Assembly (NCBI GenBank): GCA_965226375.1
Contig: CBDDCX010000008.1
Span: 512,001-576,000 of the forward strand
Source: Longimicrobiales bacterium
Lineage (GTDB): Bacteria > Gemmatimonadota > Gemmatimonadetes > Longimicrobiales > Gaopeijiaceae
Length of the DNA: 64,000 nt
Reading direction: 5' to 3'
In this document: one piece after another, positions 1 through 9,714 of the stretch
Numbering within the stretch: the stretch's first letter is position 1
Layout: each line of letters starts with the position of its first letter
The notes under the pieces: model-generated
Seen by the model: the letters and a program-made list of their open reading frames with translations, nothing else
What the model was told of the DNA's origin: nothing
The model's database searches: none
Translations under genes and position numbers: made by a program

Positions 1-59
1 AGTATCATGGAATCCGGTCGAGACCCGCCTGATTCAGCAATCCGTTAGGAGGTAGTCTG

Positions 60-1439
60 ATGAGTTTGAGAGATATGTGCGCCCGATTCGGGACCACGAC
101 GCTCTTGGTGGCGTTCATGGTTCTGTGCGCCACGCCGACTACGGCGCAGCACGCGCCAGGCGAGCAAGGTAGCAGCAACGTCCACGTGCTGTCCCACGTT
201 CCCTTGGGTGGTGCCCGGCCCTTGGCGAATTCGGACGCTGCGGGGATCGACTCGTACGGACGGCGGACCGCGGACATCGAGATGGAAGAGGACATGGACC
301 GCCCCTACGTCTACGTGTCCAGTCGCTTCGCACCGAGTGGGTTCTCCATTATCAGTGTTGAGGATCCCGAGAACGCCGAGGTGATCTACAAGTGGGTCGT
401 GGACAACCCGATGCTCCATCAGGGTTCCGGGGCGCTGGACGGTAAGTACTTCAAGTCCGGCGGGCGTTATTACTACATCCAGTCCTTTCAGTTCAGGGCC
501 GGCGGACCGGACTCGGACCTCGGTGCCATTATCTTCGACGTGACCGGCCTACCGGATCCGGCGCAGGTGAGGGAAGTGGGCCGTATGCAGGGCCCGGCGC
601 AGCAGGGCGGATTCCACAACATTTTCGCGTACAAACATTCCGACGGACGCAACCTTCTCTTCGCCACGATCTCCGAGCCTGCGGCTCACGTATACGACCT
701 CGATATGTTCCTGGCCGGTGACCCCGATTTCGGACTCATCGCCCGCGTACCCAATCCCGCGCCTGAGCAGACACGCGGCTACCACGACTACTACGTCGGG
801 TATCACCCCGAGAGCGGTCAGGATCGCTTCTACGGTGCGGGGGGCGGTGGTTACTACGTTTTCGACATCACGGATCTGGACAACCCGGACTTCCTGACGT
901 CGGTAACGAACGTGTCTGGCATCCGGAGCGGTCACACGCTCACCCCGACGCCCGACGGTCGCTACGCCATCGGTGAGACGGAGTACAGGACGGCTCCACT
1001 CCGGATCTTCGATCTGAAGCCGGGCCTCGACGGTGACGTCCCCACGATCACCCGACCGATCGGTGCCTGGACATCGAACTGGAAGAACTTCTCGCACAAC
1101 CATGAGGTTCGGTGGCCCTACGTGTTCGTCGCCGCTCTCGACGACGGGATGCAGGTCTTCAACATGATGGATCCGACCAACCCTTACACGGTCGGCTTCT
1201 ACGACACGTGGGACGGCCCTGACGGCACGCTCGCGAACCCGGCCACGACGTTCCAGGGTGCTTGGGGCGTCGACGTGCGCAACAACGACGGCTTGATCGT
1301 CGTGAGCAGCTTCATCACGGGCCTTTGGGTCATGAGAATGGACGGCTTCGAGGGTTGGAACGGAGAGGATTGGGGCATGCCCAATATCTCCAGCGTGCAG
1401 GACTGGGATAACGGTCCCGTACCGCGGCCCATTTCGTAG
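60..1439 (+). CDS. Secreted LVIVD-repeat-like beta-propeller protein, paralog 1
   Basis: 459-aa ORF with GGAGG RBS and signal peptide (TTA-Q). Repeated blade-like motifs (IFDVT.LP, VFDIT.L.NP, VFNMMDPTNP); FHN/YHD/GHT/HNHE His motifs; similar to three other ORFs here. Confidence 0.75.
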   Translation: MSLRDMCARFGTTTLLVAFMVLCATPTTAQHAPGEQGSSNVHVLSHVPLGGARPLANSDAAGIDSYGRRTADIEMEEDMDRPYVYVSSRFAPSGFSIISVEDPENAEVIYKWVVDNPMLHQGSGALDGKYFKSGGRYYYIQSFQFRAGGPDSDLGAIIFDVTGLPDPAQVREVGRMQGPAQQGGFHNIFAYKHSDGRNLLFATISEPAAHVYDLDMFLAGDPDFGLIARVPNPAPEQTRGYHDYYVGYHPESGQDRFYGAGGGGYYVFDITDLDNPDFLTSVTNVSGIRSGHTLTPTPDGRYAIGETEYRTAPLRIFDLKPGLDGDVPTITRPIGAWTSNWKNFSHNHEVRWPYVFVAALDDGMQVFNMMDPTNPYTVGFYDTWDGPDGTLANPATTFQGAWGVDVRNNDGLIVVSSFITGLWVMRMDGFEGWNGEDWGMPNISSVQDWDNGPVPRPIS

Positions 1440-1497
1440 GATCCCGGAGGTCGCGAGAGGGTGTAGGCGGAAGCTCTCTTCGTACGGAGGAGACCGT

Positions 1498-2892
1498 ATG
1501 TGGGGCAAGAGGACGTGGATGAGAGGGGCCGGTGTCATGCTGGCCGTGGTTCTTTCGGGCGTCTGGGCCGGTGGCGCACTGGCCCAGACGTCTGCCACGC
1601 ATCCTCGCCCGATGGGAATGCAGGGCAGCTCTAACATTCATGTCCTGGCCCACCTCCCCCTCGGACCGAAGTACTCCATCGCCGACATGGAGATCGATCA
1701 GGACATGTCGAGGCCCTTCGCATTCGTATCGCGGAGGGTCGAGGAGATCGGCTACGACGTCCTCAGCCTAGAGGATCCCGAGAACCCCGAGGTGATCTTC
1801 AAGTGGCGCATCGAGAACCCGGAGCTCCATACAGGCGGAGCGATGGATGCGAAGACGTTCAAGCACGAGGGGCGGCATTACTTCGTGCAGGCCACGAGCT
1901 TCGGATCGGGTCGGCCCGACGCGGACGTTGCCGCCATCGTCTTCGACGTGACCGGCCTCCCGGATCCCTCCCTCGTCCGTGAGGTGGGGCGGATCCGACC
2001 GGCCGACGGGAGCGGTGGCTTCCACAACATCTTCATGTACAAACACTCCGATGGGCGGCCGATTTTGCTGGCCACGCACGGCGGCGCTCAGATGTACGAT
2101 CTGGGGAGATTCCTCGCCGGTGAAGCCGACCAGGGTTACATAGGCACGATCGGAGTGCCGCCGGCGCCCGGCGATCTCTCGACGACCTACCACGATCTGT
2201 ACGCCGCGTTCGATCCGGTGACCCAGCAGGACAAGTTCTACGGGGCCGGCGGCGGGGGGTATTACGTATTCGACATCTCTCGTCCGGACAGTCCGGAGCT
2301 ACTGGTCACCATTACGGGCGTGGCGGGCTTCAATTGGGGGCACACGTTCACACCCACTCCGGATGGCCGGTATGCGATAGGTGAGGCCGAGTGGCAGTAT
2401 CAGCCGCTACGCTTCTTCGACTTGAAGCCGGGGCTCGATGCGGCGGCCCGCGGAGAGCTCATAAACATCAACAGACCCATCGGCGCTTGGACCCCGGACT
2501 GGGAGACGGTCCCGCACAACCAGGAGGTCCGATGGCCCTATGTGTTCGTTTCGGGCTATGAGACTGGACTCTCTGTGGTCAACATGATGGACCCGACCAA
2601 CCCGTACACCGTCGGATATTACGACACGTTCGACGGTCCTCACGCCAAGGGCACCTTGGGTGGCGGCGGCGGTGGAAACTACACGTGGCCCGTGTACGAC
2701 GGGGCGTTCGGGATCGATGTCCGCAACGCGGACGGGCTCATCGTGGTCAGCGACTTCACGACGGGCTTCTGGGCGTTCCGCATGGACGGGTTCGACGGTT
2801 GGAACGGAAACGACTGGGGAATGCCGAACAGTTCGAGTGCCCAGGATTGGGACAACGGTCCCGACGGAGTACAGAGGCCCATATCCGAATAG
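1498..2892 (+). CDS. Secreted LVIVD-repeat-like beta-propeller protein, paralog 2
   Basis: 464 aa, GGAGGAG RBS, signal peptide (ALA-Q), same motifs as paralog 1. Confidence 0.75.
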   Translation: MWGKRTWMRGAGVMLAVVLSGVWAGGALAQTSATHPRPMGMQGSSNIHVLAHLPLGPKYSIADMEIDQDMSRPFAFVSRRVEEIGYDVLSLEDPENPEVIFKWRIENPELHTGGAMDAKTFKHEGRHYFVQATSFGSGRPDADVAAIVFDVTGLPDPSLVREVGRIRPADGSGGFHNIFMYKHSDGRPILLATHGGAQMYDLGRFLAGEADQGYIGTIGVPPAPGDLSTTYHDLYAAFDPVTQQDKFYGAGGGGYYVFDISRPDSPELLVTITGVAGFNWGHTFTPTPDGRYAIGEAEWQYQPLRFFDLKPGLDAAARGELININRPIGAWTPDWETVPHNQEVRWPYVFVSGYETGLSVVNMMDPTNPYTVGYYDTFDGPHAKGTLGGGGGGNYTWPVYDGAFGIDVRNADGLIVVSDFTTGFWAFRMDGFDGWNGNDWGMPNSSSAQDWDNGPDGVQRPISE

Positions 2893-2948
2893 TCCGCACC
2901 GCCCGGACGGACGCCAACAGACCCTGTAGCACAACCGGAGGTAGTACC

Positions 2949-4328
2949 ATGTCATCGAGACACATACCGATCATCCATCTGGGCATCGCGGTCAGCTTCG
3001 CGATTGCCCTGGGTATACCTCTCGGAGCCTCCGGCCAAGACCGGTCGACCTATCCGCGAATGCCGGGCATGGCCGGAAGCACCAACATGGAGGTCCTCTC
3101 GCACCTCACGTTGGGCACCGGGACCGTCTCCGACATCGAGGTCGAGCAGGACGCGGATCGGCCGTACGCCTATGTGACCCGCAGGATGGGTGGCTTCGAC
3201 GTGATCAGCCTGGAAGATCCCGAGAACGCCGAGGTCATCTACAGTTGGAGGATCGAGAACGTCGAGCTCCACCAGGGCGGGGGATCGGACACGAAGTACT
3301 TCAAGCACAATGGGCGGTACTACCTCGTGCAGGGTGTCAGCTTCCGGCAGGGTGGGCCCGACGCGGACGTGGCCGCCATCGTCTTCGACGTGACAGGACT
3401 TCCCGACGGATCACAGGTGCGCGAGGTGGGGCGTGTGCGGCCCGAGGGCGGTGGCGGCTTCCACAACATCTTCATGTACAAGCATACCGACGGTCGGCCC
3501 ATCCTCTTGGCGACCCATGCGGGCGCCAAGATGTTCGATATGGGACGGTTCGTTGAGGGTGAAGAGGACCAGGGCTATATCGGCACCATCGGTGTGCCGC
3601 CGGATCCGGGAAACCTGTCCACCGGTTACCACGACCTGTATGCCGCGTTCGATCCAAGCACGCAGCAAGACCGGTTCTATGGCGGCGGCGGCGGCGGATA
3701 CTACGTGTACGACATCTCCAGCCCGGAGAATCCCGAGCTCATCACCACGGTGACCGGCGTGTCAGGATTCAACTGGGGCCACACGTTCACGCCCACTCCA
3801 GACGGTCGTTACGCCGTGGGCGAGGCCGAGTGGCAGTACCAGCCGCTTCGTATCTTCGACCTGAAGCCGGGAACGGACGCTGCGGCTCGAGGTGAACTCC
3901 TGAACATCCGTCGGCCCATCGGCGCGTGGCATGCCGACTACAAGACCGTGGCTCACAACCACGAGGTCCGTTGGCCCTACGTGTTCGTGTCGGGCTACGT
4001 GACGGGCCTGTCGGTCTTCAACATGATGGACCCCACGAACCCCTACACGGTGGGATACTACGACACGTATCCGGGCCCGAACGACAAAGGCGGGGAGGAA
4101 TTGGGTCGGGGCGGTAACTTTACTTGGGACGTCTACGAAGGTGCCTGGGGCATCGACGTACGCAACGTCGACGGGCTCATTGTCATCAGCGACATGACCA
4201 CGGGATTTTGGACCTTCAAGATGGACGGATTCGACGGATGGAATGGGAACGATTGGGGAATGCCGAACAACTCGAGCGCGCAGGACTGGGACAACGGACC
4301 CGACGGGGTACAGAGGCCGATATCCTGA
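2949..4328 (+). CDS. Secreted LVIVD-repeat-like beta-propeller protein, paralog 3
   Basis: Start moved to ATG 2949, which follows GGAGG. Signal peptide (ASG-Q); closest to paralog 2. Confidence 0.75.
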   Translation: MSSRHIPIIHLGIAVSFAIALGIPLGASGQDRSTYPRMPGMAGSTNMEVLSHLTLGTGTVSDIEVEQDADRPYAYVTRRMGGFDVISLEDPENAEVIYSWRIENVELHQGGGSDTKYFKHNGRYYLVQGVSFRQGGPDADVAAIVFDVTGLPDGSQVREVGRVRPEGGGGFHNIFMYKHTDGRPILLATHAGAKMFDMGRFVEGEEDQGYIGTIGVPPDPGNLSTGYHDLYAAFDPSTQQDRFYGGGGGGYYVYDISSPENPELITTVTGVSGFNWGHTFTPTPDGRYAVGEAEWQYQPLRIFDLKPGTDAAARGELLNIRRPIGAWHADYKTVAHNHEVRWPYVFVSGYVTGLSVFNMMDPTNPYTVGYYDTYPGPNDKGGEELGRGGNFTWDVYEGAWGIDVRNVDGLIVISDMTTGFWTFKMDGFDGWNGNDWGMPNNSSAQDWDNGPDGVQRPIS

Positions 4329-6595
4329 GCACGCTTAGACAGCCAAGGCCGATTGGCCACACAGGACGGACCAGCCACACGAAACGGATCAGCCACGCAA
4401 GGCGGATCGGCCACGCAGCTCTCGTGTCGACCTTGCTGGCTGTCGCGTGGCTGCAGCCGGCGGCGGCGCAGGAGGTTGGCAAAGAGGCATCGGGGACCGC
4501 TCCTCAACGAAACAGCGACCGGCTGGCGCCGGCCACCTACGTGGAGAACCGCCCGAGCATCGACGGCGTTCTGGACGAGCCCTTCTGGCAGACCATCGCT
4601 CCCATCAGCGACTTCAAACAGAGGCTTCCGAATGAGGGGGCCGAGCCCACGGAGCGGACCGAGGTACGCATCGCGTACGACGCGGACAATCTGTACTTCG
4701 GGATTACCGCCTTCGACTCGGAACCCGAGAAAATCAAACGCACGATCCTGAAGCGTGAAGGCTTCATTCCCCAGGACGATTTCATCTACATCGCACTCGA
4801 CTCGTACAACGATGACCGGAACGGATACCTGTTCGAGTTGAACTCCTTCGGTACTCAGGGCGACGCGCTGATCACCGACGAGGAACAGGTGTCGTGGAAC
4901 TGGGAGGGTGTCTTCGAGACTCAGGGGCAGGTCAACGATGAGGGGTGGGTGCTCGAGGTCGCGATCCCCTTCAAGACCATCCGCTTCGACCCCAGCGATC
5001 CACTTGAGATGGGTATCGCGTTCGCGCGGGGCATCGTTCGGAAGAACGAACGGGTTTATTGGCCGCTTATCGACTTAGACTACAGGCGCTTTTCCGGGCT
5101 CGCGCACGCGTCCCAGTACGCTACTCTGGTGGGTCTCCAGAACGTCCAACCGGGCCGAAATCTCGAGATCAAGCCGTACCTGCTCGCCGGTGCTCAGAAG
5201 GTCAACCTGGGTGTCGATGGTACAGAGAAGGATACCGACGGGGACTTCGGTCTGGACGTGAAGTACGGGGTCACGTCGAACCTCACGCTCGACATGACCT
5301 ACAACACGGACTTCGCCCAGGTCGAGGCGGACAACGTCCAGGTGAACCTCACCCGTTTCAGCCTTCGTTTTCCGGAGAAACGGGAATTCTTCCTCGAACG
5401 CGCGGGCCTCTTCACATTCGGCACCCAGGGTACGGAGACGTTCTTCAGTCGTCGAATCGGTATCGACAACGACATCCTGGCCGGGGGACGGCTCACCGGG
5501 CAGGCCGGTCCCATCTCGATCGGTGTGCTCGACATTCAGACGAGAGATGAGGTCGACCAGCCGGGTGCGAACTTCGCCGTCGCACGCCTCAGGGCCGATG
5601 TCCTCCCGGGTGTGACGGTCGGAACACTGTTTACCAACCGTGACGCCGGTGCGGACTACAACCGCGCCTTGGGCGGAGATGTCGCCGTTCGCTTCTGGAG
5701 CGGTAGTACGTTCACCGGTTGGCTGACGAACGTCTGGTCCTCAGAGGGAGATGGCTACTCGTCCGCCGGGGCCGCGGACCTGACGATCGATACCGACCTC
5801 TATTTATTCGAGCTGGGTTACCTGAACGTGGAGCACGATTTCGATCCGGGTATCGGGTTCGTTCGCCGTCGAGACATGGTTCGCTATAGCGGCAAGGCGG
5901 GCATTTCTCCCCGCATCGGTCGGGGAGACCGGTTCATTCGTCAGGTTTCACTGACCGCGGGCGGCCACTACATCGAGGGGCAGGACCAGGAGAAGCAGTC
6001 GACGGAGGCGAGGGCCGACTTCTCCTTCTCGCTCGAAAACACCGATCGGGGCGGCGGCGGCGTGAGACGTAACTTCGAGCGTCTCGAAGTCCCGTTCCAC
6101 ATTCGTGACGACGTGACCATCGCTCCGGGCGACTACACGTCTACGACCGGCAGCCTCAACTATCGGCCCAACTGGAGCCGGCCGTTGGCGGGGTCATTAG
6201 CGCTCAGCTACGGCGGATTCTTCGGCGGCACGCGGACAACGATCGGGGGTGGGCCGACCGTCAAGTTCTCCAAGCACTTGGAAGTCCGGCTGACTGTGAA
6301 TCACAACATCATCTCCCTGCCGGTGGAGAATGGTGATTTCACGACCACGATTCTGGGAGCCAACATCCTGACGGCGGTGAATCGGAAGATTTTCGCGGAG
6401 GCGTTGATCCAGTACGACAACAATTCGAACAAGCTGCAGGCGAACCTTCGAATCAACTGGATCCACACACCGGGGTCGGACCTGTTCGTGGTCTTCAACA
6501 CCGGATACTTCTTCAACGACGGGATCGACTTCCGGGAGTCCGCACTGGACCAACGGACCGGGTTGGTGAAGCTGACTTATCTGTGGGCCATTTAG
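4325..6595 (+). CDS. DUF5916-like outer-membrane protein with N-terminal CBM9-like domain
   Basis: IDGVLDEPFW and TEVRIAYD..NLYFG (CBM9-like); LD.T.NTDF.QVEAD..QVNLTRF...FPEKREFFLE signature; aromatic barrel-type C-terminus (KLTYLWAI). Start uncertain (possible CTG overlapping the upstream TGA). Confidence 0.75.
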   Translation: MSTLRQPRPIGHTGRTSHTKRISHARRIGHAALVSTLLAVAWLQPAAAQEVGKEASGTAPQRNSDRLAPATYVENRPSIDGVLDEPFWQTIAPISDFKQRLPNEGAEPTERTEVRIAYDADNLYFGITAFDSEPEKIKRTILKREGFIPQDDFIYIALDSYNDDRNGYLFELNSFGTQGDALITDEEQVSWNWEGVFETQGQVNDEGWVLEVAIPFKTIRFDPSDPLEMGIAFARGIVRKNERVYWPLIDLDYRRFSGLAHASQYATLVGLQNVQPGRNLEIKPYLLAGAQKVNLGVDGTEKDTDGDFGLDVKYGVTSNLTLDMTYNTDFAQVEADNVQVNLTRFSLRFPEKREFFLERAGLFTFGTQGTETFFSRRIGIDNDILAGGRLTGQAGPISIGVLDIQTRDEVDQPGANFAVARLRADVLPGVTVGTLFTNRDAGADYNRALGGDVAVRFWSGSTFTGWLTNVWSSEGDGYSSAGAADLTIDTDLYLFELGYLNVEHDFDPGIGFVRRRDMVRYSGKAGISPRIGRGDRFIRQVSLTAGGHYIEGQDQEKQSTEARADFSFSLENTDRGGGGVRRNFERLEVPFHIRDDVTIAPGDYTSTTGSLNYRPNWSRPLAGSLALSYGGFFGGTRTTIGGGPTVKFSKHLEVRLTVNHNIISLPVENGDFTTTILGANILTAVNRKIFAEALIQYDNNSNKLQANLRINWIHTPGSDLFVVFNTGYFFNDGIDFRESALDQRTGLVKLTYLWAI
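4345..4416 (+). repeat. Four degenerate 18-bp tandem repeats
   Basis: aaggccgattggccacac / aggacggaccagccacac / gaaacggatcagccacgc / aaggcggatcggccacgc. Confidence 0.8.
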
Positions 6596-6783
6596 TGTCC
6601 TGAGTCAGAAGTCCGGCGGAGCGCAGCGTGGGTCTACAAGAGCAAGATCTGTCGGAAGAGTAGAATTCGTTGGACCGCGGCGTGTGCAAGATCCTCACCC
6701 TGGTGCGTCACCCCTTGTACAGAGAGCAGAACGCACTCGGTTCGGGCTCGATACCCACCGATTCTCCATACAAGGGTGACCCA

Positions 6784-8241
6784 ATGCGAAGACTACTCAC
6801 CGTGGCCGCGACCATAACGGCGGTGGCCGTGCCGTACGGCACCACGCCCGCTGCGACCGGCTCGACGCCGGCCGTTCAAGAATCCCCCATCCTCCGTTCC
6901 ACGTCCGCACAGCGTGACGCGGTTTCGATCACCGTATACAACCAGAACTTCGGACTCGTACGCGAGATCCGGACGCTCGATCTCTCGTCGGGTCGCATCG
7001 CATTGGAGTACGGCGATGTGGCGTCCGGTATCCAGCCGGAGACCGTCCACATCCGCCCCCTTGGCGGCGGTTCGCTGCAGGTGCTCGAGCAGAACTACCG
7101 GTTCGATCTGCTCAATCCTCAGAAGCTTCTCGAGAAGTACGTGGGCCGTACCGTGAACGTGTATCGGACCAATCCGCTGACCGGCGAGGACGAGGCGGTC
7201 GAGGCAGAAGTCCTTTCCGTGAACGGAGGGCCGATCCTGAGGATCGACGGGGAGATCACGTTCAACTACCCCGGCCGCTTCGGCTTTCCCTCGGTTCCAG
7301 ACAACCTGATCGCGGAGCCCACGCTGTTGTGGAGGCTCGACTCGACGGGTGGCCAACAGCAGGTCGAGGTCTCGTACCTGACCAGCAGCCTGAACTGGAA
7401 GTCCGACTACGTCATGGTGCTCAACGAGGACGACGACGGGGCCTCGCTCCTGGGCTGGGTGACGCTGACGAACCGTAGCGGGACGGCCTGCGAGAACGCT
7501 CAGCTCCAGCTGGTAGCGGGCGACATCAGGCGAGTACAGGGCAACATGAGGCCCGAGCTGCGATCGAGAATGATGGCAGACGCGGTCGCGGTGCAGGAAA
7601 GCCAGGGTTTCACCGAGAACGCCTTCTTCGAGTACCACCTGTATACGCTCGGTCGTCCCGCAGACCTGATGAACAACGAGCAGAAGCAGGTCACGCTCCT
7701 GGAGTCCGACGACTTCGGCGTGGAGAAGAAGCTTATCTTCCACGGTGCGACGCACTACTACCGGGGCCAATACGGACAGGTCACGACGAACCAAAAGGTC
7801 GGCGTCTTCCTGGACTTCGAGAACAGCGAGCGGAACGGCCTGGGCATGCCGCTCCCGAAGGGCGTCGTGCGGGTCTACAAGCGTGACCACACGGGCGCCC
7901 AGCAGTTCATCGGCGAGGACCTGATCGACCACACGCCGCGTGACGAGACACTGCGCATCAAGATGGGCGAGGCCTTCGACGTGGTCGGTGACCGTCGCCA
8001 GATGGACTACACGGTGATCTCGGGCTGCGTCTCGGAGAGCACGTGGCAGATCGACTTGAGGAACCACAAGGACCAGGACGTGGGCGTCATGCTCGTCGAG
8101 CCGGTGGGCGGCGACTGGCAGATCCTGTCGTCGTCGCACCCGTTCGAGAAGACCGATGCGTGGACGTTCACGCTGACACCCGAAGTCGAAGCGAACGGTG
8201 AGACGCGGGTGGAGTACCGCGTCCGGGTGCGGTGGTGCTGA
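6784..8241 (+). CDS. DUF4139-domain secreted protein
   Basis: Signal peptide; ITVYNQNFGLVRE, EQNY.FDLL...LLEKYVG, SYLT..L.W..DY and FEYHLY.L motifs. Confidence 0.8.
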   Translation: MRRLLTVAATITAVAVPYGTTPAATGSTPAVQESPILRSTSAQRDAVSITVYNQNFGLVREIRTLDLSSGRIALEYGDVASGIQPETVHIRPLGGGSLQVLEQNYRFDLLNPQKLLEKYVGRTVNVYRTNPLTGEDEAVEAEVLSVNGGPILRIDGEITFNYPGRFGFPSVPDNLIAEPTLLWRLDSTGGQQQVEVSYLTSSLNWKSDYVMVLNEDDDGASLLGWVTLTNRSGTACENAQLQLVAGDIRRVQGNMRPELRSRMMADAVAVQESQGFTENAFFEYHLYTLGRPADLMNNEQKQVTLLESDDFGVEKKLIFHGATHYYRGQYGQVTTNQKVGVFLDFENSERNGLGMPLPKGVVRVYKRDHTGAQQFIGEDLIDHTPRDETLRIKMGEAFDVVGDRRQMDYTVISGCVSESTWQIDLRNHKDQDVGVMLVEPVGGDWQILSSSHPFEKTDAWTFTLTPEVEANGETRVEYRVRVRWC

Positions 8242-8266
8242 GTCACCGTTGAGCCGGACGTACAAG

Positions 8267-8301
8267 CGAGAGGGGAGTCCACAACGTGGGCTCCCCTCTC
8301 G
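8267..8301. terminator. Hairpin between convergent genes, possible bidirectional terminator
   Basis: cgagaggggagtccac-aac-gtgggctcccctctcg: 16-bp stem with one G-U pair; no strong U tract. Confidence 0.6.
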
Positions 8302-8326
8302 TATTGACCTCTTCTGACTCAGGACA

Positions 8327-9700
8327 CTAGAACACCGTCGCGCGCTTCGACCCTTCGGGTCCGTTGTCCCAATCCTGGACCGAAGAGATGTTCGGCATTC
8401 CCCAGTCGTTCCCGTTCCAGCCTTGGAAGCCATCCAGGCGGAACGCCCAAAAGCCGGTGGTAAAGTCGGACACGATGATCAGGCCGTCCTCGTTACGGAT
8501 GTCGAGGCCCATGGCACCATTCGCCACCTCTGTGAAGAACGAGGCCCCCCCTCCGTAGGCGATGTTGTCCGGCTGATCGTACGTGTCGAAGCTGGCCACG
8601 GTATAAGGGTTCTCCGGGTCCATCATGTTGAAGACCTGAAGGCCCTCCATGTAGTTGGCCACGAACACGTAAGGCCAGCGCATCTCGAAGTTGTGAGCGT
8701 GCTTCTTCCAGTCGGCCGTCCAGGCTCCGATCGGCCGCGTGATCATGTCGGTGCCGTCCTCCGACTCCATGTCGTACAGTCGGATGGGGCTGTAGCGGAG
8801 GTGCCCTTCGGCAATGCCGTACTTGTGGTCCGGTGTGACCGCGAACGTGTGGTCACGTGTAACGCCCGGGACACACGCTACCGACTTGAGAAGCTCGGGC
8901 TCCTCGGGTCGGGTCACGTCGAACACGTAGGTGCCCACCGGCTGGGACGCCGCGTATGCCTTGTCCTGTCCTGTCTCGGCGTCGAAGGCGATGTAGAAGT
9001 CGTGGTAGGTGTGTGACATTCCGGCGCCCGGGCACGGATTGGTCGGCACGGGCAGCCGCCCGATCAGGCCATGGTCGGGAGCCCCGTCCAGGAACATCTG
9101 CATGTCGTAGATGTTCGCGTGGGGGCCATTCACCGTTGCAAAGAGCAACACCCTGCCGTCGGAATGCTTGTAGGCGAACAGGTTGTGGAATCCGCCCGGG
9201 CTGAGTGGGTCCCTGATCCGTCCCACTTCACGAACCGCTTCCGGGTCGGGTAGCCCCGTCACGTCGAAAACCACCGCACCCAGGTCGGCATCCGGTCCGC
9301 CCTGCTGGAATTGGAGACCCTGCACGTAGTAATAGCGGTCGTTCAGCTTGAAGTACTTCCCGTCGGTCCCACCCGAGCCGCGGTGAAGCTCCGCATTCTC
9401 GATTCGCCATCTGTAGATGATCTGAGAACTCTCGGGTTTGGACACGTCGATGATGTCCACGCCGCCCAGCAGCCAGCGGGAGACATACACGTAGGGCCGT
9501 GAGATTTCTTGCTCGATCTCTATGTCGCCTACGCTGAACGCCTGACCGAGTGGGATATGCGATACCAGTTCTATGTTCGGGGTGCCCTGCTCGATCTTGC
9601 CGTCTGCGGGCGGTGACTGGGCTGATGCGGTCCGAGCGGTGCCAGACATGACGACCAGAGTCAAAGCCGCGAGGCGGGATAGATAACGCATGTGCGGCAT
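8327..9700 (-). CDS. Secreted LVIVD-repeat-like beta-propeller protein, paralog 4
   Basis: Start at 9700 or 9691, signal peptide (ASA-Q). GGFHNLF, YHDFY, DHTF, HAHNFE and the GWNGNDWGMPNISSVQDWDNGP tail. Confidence 0.75.
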   Translation of the reverse strand: MPHMRYLSRLAALTLVVMSGTARTASAQSPPADGKIEQGTPNIELVSHIPLGQAFSVGDIEIEQEISRPYVYVSRWLLGGVDIIDVSKPESSQIIYRWRIENAELHRGSGGTDGKYFKLNDRYYYVQGLQFQQGGPDADLGAVVFDVTGLPDPEAVREVGRIRDPLSPGGFHNLFAYKHSDGRVLLFATVNGPHANIYDMQMFLDGAPDHGLIGRLPVPTNPCPGAGMSHTYHDFYIAFDAETGQDKAYAASQPVGTYVFDVTRPEEPELLKSVACVPGVTRDHTFAVTPDHKYGIAEGHLRYSPIRLYDMESEDGTDMITRPIGAWTADWKKHAHNFEMRWPYVFVANYMEGLQVFNMMDPENPYTVASFDTYDQPDNIAYGGGASFFTEVANGAMGLDIRNEDGLIIVSDFTTGFWAFRLDGFQGWNGNDWGMPNISSVQDWDNGPEGSKRATVF

Positions 9701-9714
9701 CCGAAAGGGGGGCT

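Noticed and set aside
2685..2948. N-terminal extension of paralog 3 (similar extensions at 4124, 9970, 22117, 23323, 36014)
   Set aside because: They overlap upstream genes or lack an RBS; better starts with RBS, signal peptide or coupling lie downstream.
4345..4416. Repeats as a CRISPR array
   Set aside because: Contiguous degenerate 18-mers with no spacers, and no cas genes in the window.
6793..8433. 546-aa antisense ORF (similar cases: 549-1637, 25717-26592, 52032-53114, 56383-57747)
   Set aside because: These are shadows of well-supported genes on the opposite strand, expected at high GC, and show no motifs.
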